A stretch of 63,143 nt of DNA, filler included, from Reticulomyxa filosa (taxonomy: Eukaryota; Protista; Foraminifera), in assembly GCA_000512085.1 (NCBI GenBank). It is 12 parts of 12 records of this genome, joined end to end, with 100 filler letters (N's around TTAATTAATTAA, not from the genome) between each part and the next. Parts side by side here need not be neighbours in the genome. Positions count along the whole stretch, not along the records: positions 30,865 to 40,777 come from ASPP01009313.1; positions 40,878 to 43,177 come from ASPP01001434.1; positions 43,278 to 46,267 come from ASPP01023624.1; positions 46,368 to 47,380 come from ASPP01007808.1; positions 47,481 to 53,806 come from ASPP01018542.1; 7 more parts are not named here. One strand, given 5' to 3'. Each line of letters begins with the position of its first letter. Position 1 is the stretch's first letter. Positions 38,954 through 50,700 of the stretch are shown piece by piece. The notes under the pieces are model-generated. The model saw only the letters and a list, made by a program, of their open reading frames with translations. It made no database searches and had not been told where the DNA came from. Made by a program: the position numbers and the translations under genes.

Positions 38954-40877
38954 ATATAATTATTTAATGGTGCTTTTTTCTAAAACACTTACAACGAAAC
39001 ACGGCTGAGAATTTGTTGTGACGGATATGAAAAACAATCACTTTCCTTGAAAAAGCTATTCAATGCACAAAACAATACCAAATTTGCAAACACTACCAAA
39101 AAGGAATTTTTAGATTTGCTTTGGGAACTGAGACACAGTGCTTGTGTAAAATTGCTTTATACCTTGTTGGAATTTTTACGTTATGAATTGAGCTATTGTT
39201 TTAACCTTGCTTTTTATTGAAACAAAAACACTAGATAGTTATAATTTTTAAATGTATTACAAATTTTATTGTCATAATTTTTTTCACAAGGCAGTTGGCA
39301 ATAATAGATGACGTCAGACGAAAACTATCGATAATGATTTTTTAGGTAGAACAAAGCAAAAGACAAGCTAAAAATAATATTTATTAATTTCTGAATTACT
39401 GATAGCGAGAAAAAGTATCACATACAAATGTTATGAAATAATACAATTCAGAAAAGATTTTGAAAATAACAAGCATTAAAAAAAACAAATAACTTTGGTC
39501 CGTTTAAAGTCGAAATTAATTTTGTAAACTATAACTCTTTCGCTAGTCTACAACTGAGTTATGAATATTTTTCGACTATTTTCTGCAGGTATCATCTTCA
39601 ACAGTCACAAAATTAAAAAATTATTTTACTAAACTTTGAAGACAAGCAACTCAACAATTGATGATAGACAAAAAAAAAAAAAAATGGAAATACGCCCTTT
39701 TTAAGAAACTTTTCTGTTACTACAATTTTCTCAATAAAAAATATCATTTCAAATTATTTTGTAAAAAAGAACAATTGTTACAACTGGCAAAAAAGGATAC
39801 AGTAACAAAAACTTTTCTTACACATAAAAGAAATGTACGTTGCATGTAAATGCATACTTATCCTTTCATCCATAGAGGAAAAAAGATAATTTTACAATTA
39901 AATGTTGCATCTAGATAAGTTTATAGATTGCACACATTTCACCCCCAACAAAATTGTAAAAAAACCAGGTCAATTCTTTGAAAGAATAGCCCCATAAAGA
40001 GAAGAAAAGTTGAGACAACTAGTGTGTTAAACAATTATCATGTACTTTCTTTTTTTTAGTTAACAGCACAAAAATATATTTAAGTCACATAATGGCGTAA
40101 GTAGTGAAGTTCAAAATCTGTTGTTGAAGGATGCAAAAAGAAAGTATGCATTAAATGCAAGCCTTTTTTATTTTTTGTGTCAGCACAAAAAATCCACCCT
40201 TTGGTCGTGAACACGTTGTTCAAAATGATTCGAACATGTTACCTTTATTCAGAGGCAATGTAAAAAAAAGGGGATAAGTCTTTAATGCCCTTTTCAACTG
40301 TTTTATCTTCATTTTTAATGTATTCAAACACTTTTAAAAAATATTTGTTTCAAAATTGATTAGTGAAAAAACGTGTTCAAAGTGTTGTTTTCTTTTTTGT
40401 GAGCAAATTTAAATTAATTTGTGTTTGCTGTTGTTTTCTCTATGAAATTACAATAAATAGAATAAGCATTGGAGAAGAGGGACAAAGATGTTGTCGCTTG
40501 CCTAGCGAACAAGCCAATTCAAATAACTTCTATCAAAATGAAAAAGAATTCATATTTGCGAAAACATAGAACCCGAAAGAATAATCCTATTCAACAATGT
40601 GAAGATAAATTTCTCAGATTTGATCAACGAAAAAAAAAGGAGCATATAGTTGCAAACCAGGAGACTTTGAAAACAGACGTTGAAATACAGTAAGATAAAA
40701 AAGAAAGTTGACAAATAAAATACCACTTTATATAGATTATTTTGTTTCTCAATGAAAAAACAACATTTAATCAAAATNNNNNNNNNNNNNNNNNNNNNNN
40801 NNNNNNNNNNNNNNNNNNNNNTTAATTAATTAANNNNNNNNNNNNNNNNNNNNNNNNNNNNNNNNNNNNNNNNNNNN

Positions 40878-41350
40878 TCCCAAAAACGAATGGTTTCATC
40901 ATTTGATGAAGAACAAATGACATTTTGACGATTATGATAATGATATGATGAAAATTTTACACAATATACAAAGGATGAATGTCCATTGAATGACTGAATT
41001 TGTTTGTTGTTATCAACATCCCATACACGAACTGTTTTATCAGCTGATCCAGAACAAATGAATTGATAATCACCAAATATTGAATAATCAATACTATACA
41101 CCCAACTAGTATGTCCAGTGAATGTATTAATTAATTTGGCCGATGAACGAAATGTGTCAAATATGAAGACAGTAGACACCTATGTTAAATAAATATTTGA
41201 ATATTTTGATTGATATTTAAAAAAAATAAACAAATAAACTAACATAATTGACAACAATTTTGTCAAAATCTTTGATCCATCCTAATTGAATGTTGAATGT
41301 TCGAATCCAATGATGAATAATGATTTGGATTTCTTCTTCTTTTGACTGTT
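40878..41350 (-). CDS. WD40-repeat protein of a lineage-expanded family (3' truncated by gap)
   Basis: N-terminal EEEIQIIIHHWIRTFNIQLGWIKDFDKIVVNY, intron, then FTGHTSWVYSIDYS...CSGSADKTVRVWD...FNGHSSFVYCVKFS...SSSNDETIRFW. Confidence 0.9.
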
Positions 41351-43340
41351 TCAGTCATAAGGTAAGATGAGAAAAACAATCAGAATAAAAACTTTAAAAA
41401 AACAACTTAAACGAACTTTCATTACTAAGCTAAAGTATCTTTTTTGTTTTCCTTGATCTTTGATGATGCAAAGATGATGAAAAAGATTTTTTTTAAATTT
41501 TTTTTAAGTTCACGAAGGGTCAATAAAAAATTGAAATGAGTTTGTTTTATGGTAAATATAAACTCTGTAATGAGATAATATTTACAAGCAAAAATTTGAA
41601 CTTATAACATCCATTATTTATACATCCACACGAAGGTTATTCTTTTTATCATTGAAACAATTAACAAATCTCTAAAACTATACAAAGAGAATGTGGGTAC
41701 AATGATGAAAAAATGAATGATTTCTAATTTTTTAGTATTTTTGCTTCTTTATGGCGAATAAGGTTTCATCAAAAAAAAAACTTGCAAAAAAACTTTTTTT
41801 GGAGTCAATAAGAATTTTTTTATTTAATTTTTAATTTACTCAAAATTATAGAAAATGAGTAATTTGAGTGTACAACAACGTACAATTAATCAGTTCATAC
41901 ATGTGTTCAAGAAAAAGGTATTAATGATTTTGTCACAATTTGATGAACAATAAAATGGCTAATTTTCCATAGTTCATCCAATTTCTCAAAAGTAACATTT
42001 TAATGCACTTTATCATTGTCCCAATAATTTCCAAAAATTCAGTGTATTTTCACTTTTCATAATCCCCAGCTTATCAGAAGCGTTTTTCCTTTAAAATGTA
42101 ATTCAGTAAAGAAAAGGTCCTACTATATTTCTTATTCAAGGTATATTGCAAAGTTATTTATAGATTTAATACATAGAAATTTTTGAAATCTTTCCAAAGA
42201 TTGCATCTGCCAAATATGTTTTTCTAAAAGAAAATTCTATGTAACTGTTTTTAGATAACACATTGATTGTTCATTAAAAAGCGTGGCCAAAGAACAGCCT
42301 ACCGTTATTAAGCTTTTTTTGAATATTAAACTGTCGATATTGGACTACGAGGAAGGGGTTGGAGACGTAGTGACAAATGAAGTGTACAACTTTAGCAAAT
42401 TTTGTGGATTGCGCTTGGGCAATAAAATATGTAACCTTTGACTGTCCAAATTTGGCGTATTTGACAAATTTAAAAGAAGTCAAAAGAATTGTTGTAAGAA
42501 AGGGAAAATTAAAAAGACAAATAGGCACATAACATATTCCGAAATTAAAATGAAAGACGCAGACATCAAACGGAATAAAAACCAAATCGAACAAGGGCAA
42601 TGAAGGGACTGAAGAGGATGAGTAATCGAAGACGACATGGAAAATAAGGCACGATAAGGACGCAGCAAATGCAAGAAGCTTATGAAGATTATTGATTTCC
42701 TCAATGAAAAACAGACCTTTAATCCTAATTTTTTTTAGAAAATATCTACAAATGTTGTAGTTTTTAAATGTTGAATTGATTTTTGAATAACTTTTTTTTA
42801 ATGTTGATAAAAATGTCATTTTTTCATATGATTTTTATAAATTTTAGCAAAAAAATTTAAAAGTTTTATTTGTTACCATTTTGTTGGTTTTTCTTTTGTC
42901 ATCAATTACGACTTGGAATCTTCTGGGCATGCAGGCAATTAAGTCTTGGCATAGCCTTTTTTCTGTTTTTTCCCAAACTGTTTAGTACGAAACATAAATC
43001 TCAATATCTTCATCCAATATCTTTTTCACTTGTATCATTATCACAACATTTTATTGCTTTCTACATAAAAATCTTCACTAATATCAATAAATTCTCCTTG
43101 CTATATTTCTCTCGAATATATAATGAAAGGGCTTGTTGTAAACAATTTCTTTTGAAAGTTAAAAATCATATATTAATNNNNNNNNNNNNNNNNNNNNNNN
43201 NNNNNNNNNNNNNNNNNNNNNTTAATTAATTAANNNNNNNNNNNNNNNNNNNNNNNNNNNNNNNNNNNNNNNNNNNNTATATATATATATATATCATATA
43301 TACATGTAATCCCAAGTCAATTGATTCATAACAAAACAAA

Positions 43341-43838
43341 GGTCAATTTGAAAACTACTGCAACCCCAATTCACGAGTATCTGCCCTTTCGTGTGCTAAC
43401 TATTTTGTGAGGTTATACGCGCAAAAAAACCATTTCGAAAATAAAATACGAGACGATGATAATGCGGTCGTGTGTGCCATTCGCCGGCACAAATGGCACA
43501 ACTTGAAAGAGTTGCTGCATTTAATGACCAACCAATTTTGTCCAAGCCTTCGCAAAGGGCTTTTTTACATCAATTCTGAGGGGAAAAGTCCTCTGTTTTT
43601 ATTCGTTGAGAGTGCTAGAGATGATATATTGGCTGATAATCAAGATTTGATTGAACTATGGAAACAAATGATATGTTCAAAAGTACCGCTGTACTATTTT
43701 GATAAGCAAAAGAAACTTCTGAAACAACCTTTTTTTAACATTCATGATGTGCCAACTAACTCAAAGTGCAATGACAAAATTTTTTTGGAGAAATTTTTTC
43801 TAGCTTGGGAATGGGTTAGATCAATCACTAAACAATAG
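43341..43838 (+). CDS. Terminal exon of a protein with ankyrin-like motifs
   Basis: Open frame after the gap with DDNAVVCAIRRHKWHNLKELL and INSEGKSPLFLFVE; TAG stop. Confidence 0.5.
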   Translation, partial: GQFENYCNPNSRVSALSCANYFVRLYAQKNHFENKIRDDDNAVVCAIRRHKWHNLKELLHLMTNQFCPSLRKGLFYINSEGKSPLFLFVESARDDILADNQDLIELWKQMICSKVPLYYFDKQKKLLKQPFFNIHDVPTNSKCNDKIFLEKFFLAWEWVRSITKQ

Positions 43839-44404
43839 AAAGCACTTTCTTTTTTCACATTCTCTATTCTAATTTAGAACATACTGTGGACGCTATTTCT
43901 ATTAATCATTTATTACTTTTTTTAATAAGTCAACAACACCGGCTAATTGTTGTCAATTTCGGATATGGAAATGAAAAGATTAGCGGTATTAATGAAATTT
44001 TTAAGAAAAAAATATGTTAAACTATTTCCTAAAATGTAAAGGCATTAACGACTAAAGCTACTGAAACGGTCGGACTGTAATACGAATGATCGATAGAAAA
44101 GCAAATGTCTTTGTAAATGTTGTCTACACGATCAATAATAGGAACGTTGTAAATGTTGCAAAATTTTTTAATAAACTTGATTAATCATTACATGAAAACT
44201 TATAAAAAGTCCATACTTGTAATTAGTTGAATATCTTGCAAACAAAAGTAAATAAGTAATTTAACTCTTCTAACACATAAAGTATAAAATTTAATTATTT
44301 GTACAGTATACGAAGTTTGGTTTTGGAGAAGTTGGGAAACTTGCATTGAGCTGTTTTTGCTCAAGGTTTAACTTTATTAAAATAAGCAACCTAAACAGTA
44401 TCAT

Positions 44405-46229
44405 ATGTCGTCCTTGAGCGACAATGAAGCAGAGAAAATAAAACTTCTTCGAGAAAAATGCAATTATGAAGTAAGTTGTTTTGTTTTGTTTGAACGAAAC
44501 TGTTTTGGACACTGTTCAAAAAACGTGGACAGTTACTGAAGTCAGAAAATGAGTATGTGAACATGTTGGAAGTGCTTGTCAAGAACATATTCAAACCATT
44601 GCATGAAAACTGTGAAAAACTTGGTTTGAAACGAGGAGAGGTGGGTATCTGCATTGAAAAGGGGTATAGAAGGGAGGGGAGAAAAGGTATCAGTTTTAAT
44701 TCCTCGGAGAATAAAATAAGAAAAAAAAATAACGATGATGTGGATGAAAAGGTTCAATTTGTATATTCATATTTGGAGCATATGTTGCAATTTCATCTGA
44801 ATTTTTTGTCAGTAACCGGAGATGCGCTTGATATAGTCCCAGATTTTTGTAAATACAGCAATTTTGTGCAAATGTACGACGATTACTTGGAGCGATTTGA
44901 TAAAGTGTTGAAAGTATTTGCAGATTGGAAATCCATGCAATTTCGTTCCTTTATCAATATGCGATTGGAAAATGAAAAAGTCAAAAAGTACATTGAAGCG
45001 CCAATGCTATGCATGTTACCTTGGTATGGTCATCGTTCTTGTCTGTTTTTGTTTTGTTTTATCAATATACGCATACATATATCCCTCTCTCCATCTCTTT
45101 CTCACTCCTTTGAAAAAAAAAGTGTTTCTTTTCCATTGTTTGGGGATGCAATATCAAAGCAAAAAAAAAAAAAAAAAAAAAACTTCATTTGATATATACA
45201 TATACATATATGCGTTGATAAAAGGTACTTGTATTTCCCCTTCGACAGATTGAAAGTGTATTACAAATTTTTGAGGGATTTACAAAGTCTATCAAAAGAA
45301 GGAGATGAAGACAAAAAGTTTTTGGACGACTCTTTCCCAAAATTTCGCAAAGTTTATCAAAAAATTAAACAAAGCTAAGAACCAAACAATGAAACCATAT
45401 GCATATTATTCACATATACTGTATACATATATACATATATTTTATATATTTATATGTATGCATATAACTATTATCTGGTTGAGACACCCTTGTTCGTGTG
45501 TTCCTTTACACTTTGCGTTGGTTTGTTGAATATGACCATGTTACAGACGAAAAAAAACTTCGAACAAAAACGAAACTGTTGGAAGTCCAATTACAAATAC
45601 ATGGCGATTATAAATCCATTGTCAAAGATGACAGATATTTTATCAGTTAAATCTATTTCCAACATCTTTGGCGCACAGCAAGCCACGGTCTTTTTGCGAT
45701 ATCCGTGTCTAATTATTGAAAGAATCATTGTGCATACGTACACGCACACAAATTTGAAATAAACAGTGTATAAGCCATGTCAAATTAGACGTTCAGTTTT
45801 CAGGAACAAATTGAAAGGAGTAACCATTTATCTATTTAGTGACCTGTTTTTGTGGGCGTCAGTTCGTGGCAAATATAAAGGCTCTTATTCTTTGTACGAC
45901 AAAGACTTGCAAATTACAAAAAGTGGAAAAGAAGGCGATGCAGATTTTTCCATTGGCTTGAAACTTGAAAAATCCAAGCGCACTATTGTTTGTGCCAACG
46001 ATGGTACAATTTTTTTTTTTTTTTTTAAAATAATGACAACCTAAAAAAAAGTTTGTATTTCGACTCTTTTTTTAATGTGAACAAAATCGCAAACTTGCAA
46101 AAAAAAAAAAAAAGAACAACGAGACTTAATCATGGAAACTGTCATTGATGCTTTTCAAAAATGCCAACTACGTGCCAAAAACGCATCGTATGTTGTTTTT
46201 TTTTTGAAATGGTAAGAGGACAAAGGATC

Positions 46230-46267
<38 letters not shown>

Positions 46268-47160
46268 NNNNNNNNNNNNNNNNNNNNNNNNNNNNNNNNN
46301 NNNNNNNNNNNTTAATTAATTAANNNNNNNNNNNNNNNNNNNNNNNNNNNNNNNNNNNNNNNNNNNNGGGGGGGGGGGTGAAGAGAAGTTTTTTTAAAAA
46401 AAGAAAAAAGGGGAAGGGGTAACTACGTATACGAAATATATTTTATTAGTTGTTATTTTTTTTTAGTCGACCTTTGATCCGGCGTCGTTTTACAGAAGAG
46501 TCGTTGCAGTTTGGGGATGTTGTAATCATAAATATTGTCGAAGCACGAAATTTGGCTGCAAAAGGACAACAAGGATCTAATCCTTATTGCTTCCTTACAT
46601 TTGGAACTCAAGTTAAAAAAATAAAAATAATGGATTCATTAAAAAAAAAAAAAAAAAGTTGTGAAGTATTTTTTATGTTAAAAATGCTACGTACAAAATG
46701 TTGGCAAGAAGAGGGAACCGTAGTTGAGTAAAAATGGTTCGGTGATGTGTTACGTGTAGGTACAAAGTGGTACTGCAAGAGCGAATACAGTTAATCCAGT
46801 GTGGAACGAAATGTTTGGATTTTGTGTAGACTTTGCGAAGGGGTTGCCAAAAACACAAGCGATATCAATTGCCGTATACCACAACCGATCTGATGGGTAA
46901 GTAGTATGTTGTAAATAGGCCCCAAATGGGAATTATCCAAGCTCAACAAATGCAAATCCAAACAAAATAAAAATGTGTGTAACTTAAATGCAGAGGTGAA
47001 GACGTCGCTTTAGGAAGCATTCATTTGAAAATTGAAGATATTCCGAGAAATGAAGTGGCCACTCGCTTTTGCAAATTAGAAGGGGTTGGAAGTGGAGAAG
47101 TATTGCTCACAATGCAAAGACATCCCCTTACTTCGCCTAATCTGAGAGATATTTTATTAG
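44405..47160 (+). CDS. RhoGEF DH-PH plus C2 domain (N-terminal part of a probably larger gene)
   Basis: DH: QLLKSENEYVNMLEVLVKNIFKPL...FVQMYDDYL...YLYFPFDRLKVYYKFLRDL. PH: VTIYLFSDLFLWAS...EQRDLIMETVIDAF. C2: IINIVEARNLAAKGQQGSNPYCFLTFG...NTVNPVWNEMFGF...VALGSIHLKIEDIP. The gap at 46268 lies in an intron. Confidence 0.88.
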
Positions 47161-47766
47161 TTGGTTTTTTTTTTTTGTTTGTTTATAAATATGCATATAT
47201 GTGTATTGTATCTGTATGTGCTCCTTGCAATTGTTGTTGAATAAGTATTGCAAAACAACTTTTTATACTAAACAATGACAACAACAATAATAATAATAAC
47301 AACAACGGGCGATCAATAATAATAATAATAATAACAACAACACTAAATCAAATTTGTGACTGTGCAGAAAATAATTCAAANNNNNNNNNNNNNNNNNNNN
47401 NNNNNNNNNNNNNNNNNNNNNNNNTTAATTAATTAANNNNNNNNNNNNNNNNNNNNNNNNNNNNNNNNNNNNNNNNNNNNTTTTTTTTTAATATCCAATA
47501 ATCAAAAATAAGAAATAATAGTTTTCTAGACATACACGAAATATTTTTTTTGTGATTTGAGAAATGCCGATCACTGACAAGAGAATATAATGAAATTTGT
47601 ATACTTCTGGAAACGAATGTATGTCATTATATTGTCCTCAACTAAAAGCAGTAGCTGTCTTGTGACTAAGTGCGAGTTTGGTCACGAAAAAGTGCGGAAG
47701 TTCAAATCTTGAAAATTCAATTATTTTTTTTTGTTTGAAGATCACAAAACCCAATTTTAAAAAAGC

Positions 47767-50700
47767 TGGAAGCAAGTGGTGCTGTAAAACAAACCCTTGG
47801 TGGTGAAAATGCTCAGGCAGGAGAGATGTCGGTTTCTTCGGCAGCAAACAATGTGGAGAGCAGCGCACCGAACGCGACGACATCAAATCGCAAAATGCTA
47901 AGCCCGCGTACACAGCAGCCACAGCCCAACGAAAAAGTGGACCGAAGTAAGCCAGGCGCTCAAGCAGGGACTCATCGTCACCGTAAACAAGTTTCGAGTA
48001 CAGTGAACCAGTACACATCTAATTCCAAAAAGTCATCTTCGCACAAACACAAAAAAAACTTGACCCGAGTGCACATGATGATGCCGAATGGCAAGGCATT
48101 GCCACCGACATATCGTCAAGGGATGTTATATCAAGGAGGATATACCATGCCACAATTTATGAAAAACGCGCATGGACCACCCTATGTGGCCGGCGCGCCA
48201 ACGAAGCCGAAGCAAAAAGGCGGCAATCGTCCAATATCGAACGTGCCTATACTCGAGGAAGCGAGCACAAATGCAGTGCCAACGCACACGAGCGCCGCCA
48301 CCGGCATGAAGCCTTCGGACATAAAAACGGCATCGCAAAGAGGCAAACACACTGTCCACAACGAGCAAGAGCCACTGCAGCAGCTGCTTTTGGCAATGCT
48401 TTATCGCCTGAACAAATGGACAAAGCCTTGTCGTACCACATGCGAAGTGTCAGCGCTTTGAACTTTTCCGCCCAGAATGCCCATGGCGTCCACGTGTCAG
48501 AAACACTAGCCGAAAGTGCGGTCGAGACAGTCCATTGTGACAAGACCATCCATTCATTCAAAACAGTTTTTTTTTTTTTTTTTTTGTTTGTGTCTTATGT
48601 ACATACACACACTCATTTATATATATATATAAATATATACATATATTTATACATGCATATATAATACATGTATGTATATGTATATGTTGGATCCATTTGT
48701 TGCATTTGCGTTAAAACGCAACAAACAAACAAACAAATAATAATAATGAGTATTGTATGTGTGTGTGTGGTTGTTCACATAAAAAACAGGTCCGAAGAAG
48801 ATAAATCCACATCTGGTCCACAATCGCGCCGTCGAAGCTACAGTGGCAGCGACCTGGATATAATGACGATGTCCAATACAAGGACGCACGATGAGAACAA
48901 ACATGACGAAGAAGACGCAGAGCTACTAAACGAATTTGAGAGCGCTTCGCAGACAGGATTTTTGGATGAAGAGGAGGAAATCGAAAATGCAATCGAGGCA
49001 CAAGCAATGTCGATCCCAATTCCAATGGAATTGACACAACTATTGCAAACTGTCAAAGTAAATTTGGTTCTATTGCAATGACAATGACAACAGCAACAAC
49101 AAAGAGCATTACTCCTCCTCCGACGTTTTCGACTTGCTGTACGTGAAAAAAATGGTCACTTTGTGTCGTGTTATTTCTGATCTTTGCAATACCGCTCACA
49201 TTCAGCACTCTACACCTTTTCTTCAAAGTAAACCAATCACTGGCTCTTTTTTTTTTTTTTTTAGTGTTTTATATTTGATTGATTAAATGTACTCAACACT
49301 ACCAAAAAAAAAAAAAAAAAAAAAAGAAAAATCGAACGAGTTGATCACATTATTGGAACAATTAGAGAAATGCTTGCCAAAGTTACATTGTTTTTATCTT
49401 AAAAGCGAAAGTCGATGACAAACATGTGTAATATGGTGTGTATTTGTCTTGAAATTGCGACGAAACAAGAGAGCCAAAAAAAAAGGAACAATGGAATAAC
49501 TGCGAACAGAGTAAGGAAATAGATGTGGTGCTGCTCAACTCATCACAAATTTGTGCAGTAATGAAAAATGCAATTGACCGATTAAAGGAATTGTGGAGAC
49601 ATTTTGATTTTAAAAAAGATTTGTTCGAATTTTGGATTGGGCTGTTCCCTCCAACAGTTTGCTTTTTTTTTTTTTCCCCTCATTCTGTACTCATTAAAAA
49701 ATAAACACAAGTGTATATGTATATCCCATCCCAACTCAGGAAATGCATTTTGACTCCGTCGAATGGACCCCATTTGTCGAAACGGTGACAACGAAATATG
49801 GAAAATTAGAAAGTTTTGACAAACAAGCGATTATCCAGAATTTATCTGAAAATAATTGTTCCGTGTTGTCGCTGCGCGTATTCGATCTCTTATCAAAACG
49901 ATTTAGCACTGTTGAAAATCTGATCAATCATATTGTTCAAATCAGTTTATCTTTATATACATATATACATATATATTTATATGTGTGCATATTTTGGTGA
50001 TGGAAGAAAATCAATAAATAAATGAACAGCACAAAAAAATTTATCGGCCAACTCTGTGAGCACCATTCCGGTATTGGAGACAAGAGTGCGCTGGAACAGC
50101 GAATTCAAAAAGAAATGGCAGCAAACACGTTCGATGACAATGTATGATGAGCCAATGCAGATGGACGTCCATCACAATGCGTCTTCAAGTACGATTCAGC
50201 ACTCGCGTTCGCAGTCGCGTTCGCAATTGCGGAAGATAACGGCCTATGACTCGATGACAAACGGCAATACCACCAACGTGGTTTTGGACAACGAGCGAGA
50301 AGAATGGATGCGCACATTGACAATATTGCAACAGCAAGTCCAAACATTGCAAGTTCAGAATTACCAGTTGAATCGAGCCTGTAAAGAGTATGCTTGCGGC
50401 AAAGAATTGGACAAAAGACAAATCGATCATTTGTTTTATGTGGTGAACTGCTATGAGTTGAGTGAAAAGTCCATTCCAATTGTTGCCGGTCGTTGTCACG
50501 CATTGCAACAGACCATTCAAAATAAAGCAACGGAAGAGAATTCTGTGGAGACAATTCATAACGAGTTGACACAAAATCATAAGACATTGGAGAATGCATT
50601 GGAGCAATACCACGCTTTGGTATCTCAAAACCTCGCACATCCTGTTGAATCTCTGAGCGCTGCGTTTGAACAAATTAAACATTGTCTGCACACGTTCGAC

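Noticed and set aside
42274-42819. 181-aa minus ORF and purine-rich plus strand
   Set aside because: The F/I/L-rich translation reflects strand composition. The plus strand looks like a decayed fragment with no recognisable family.
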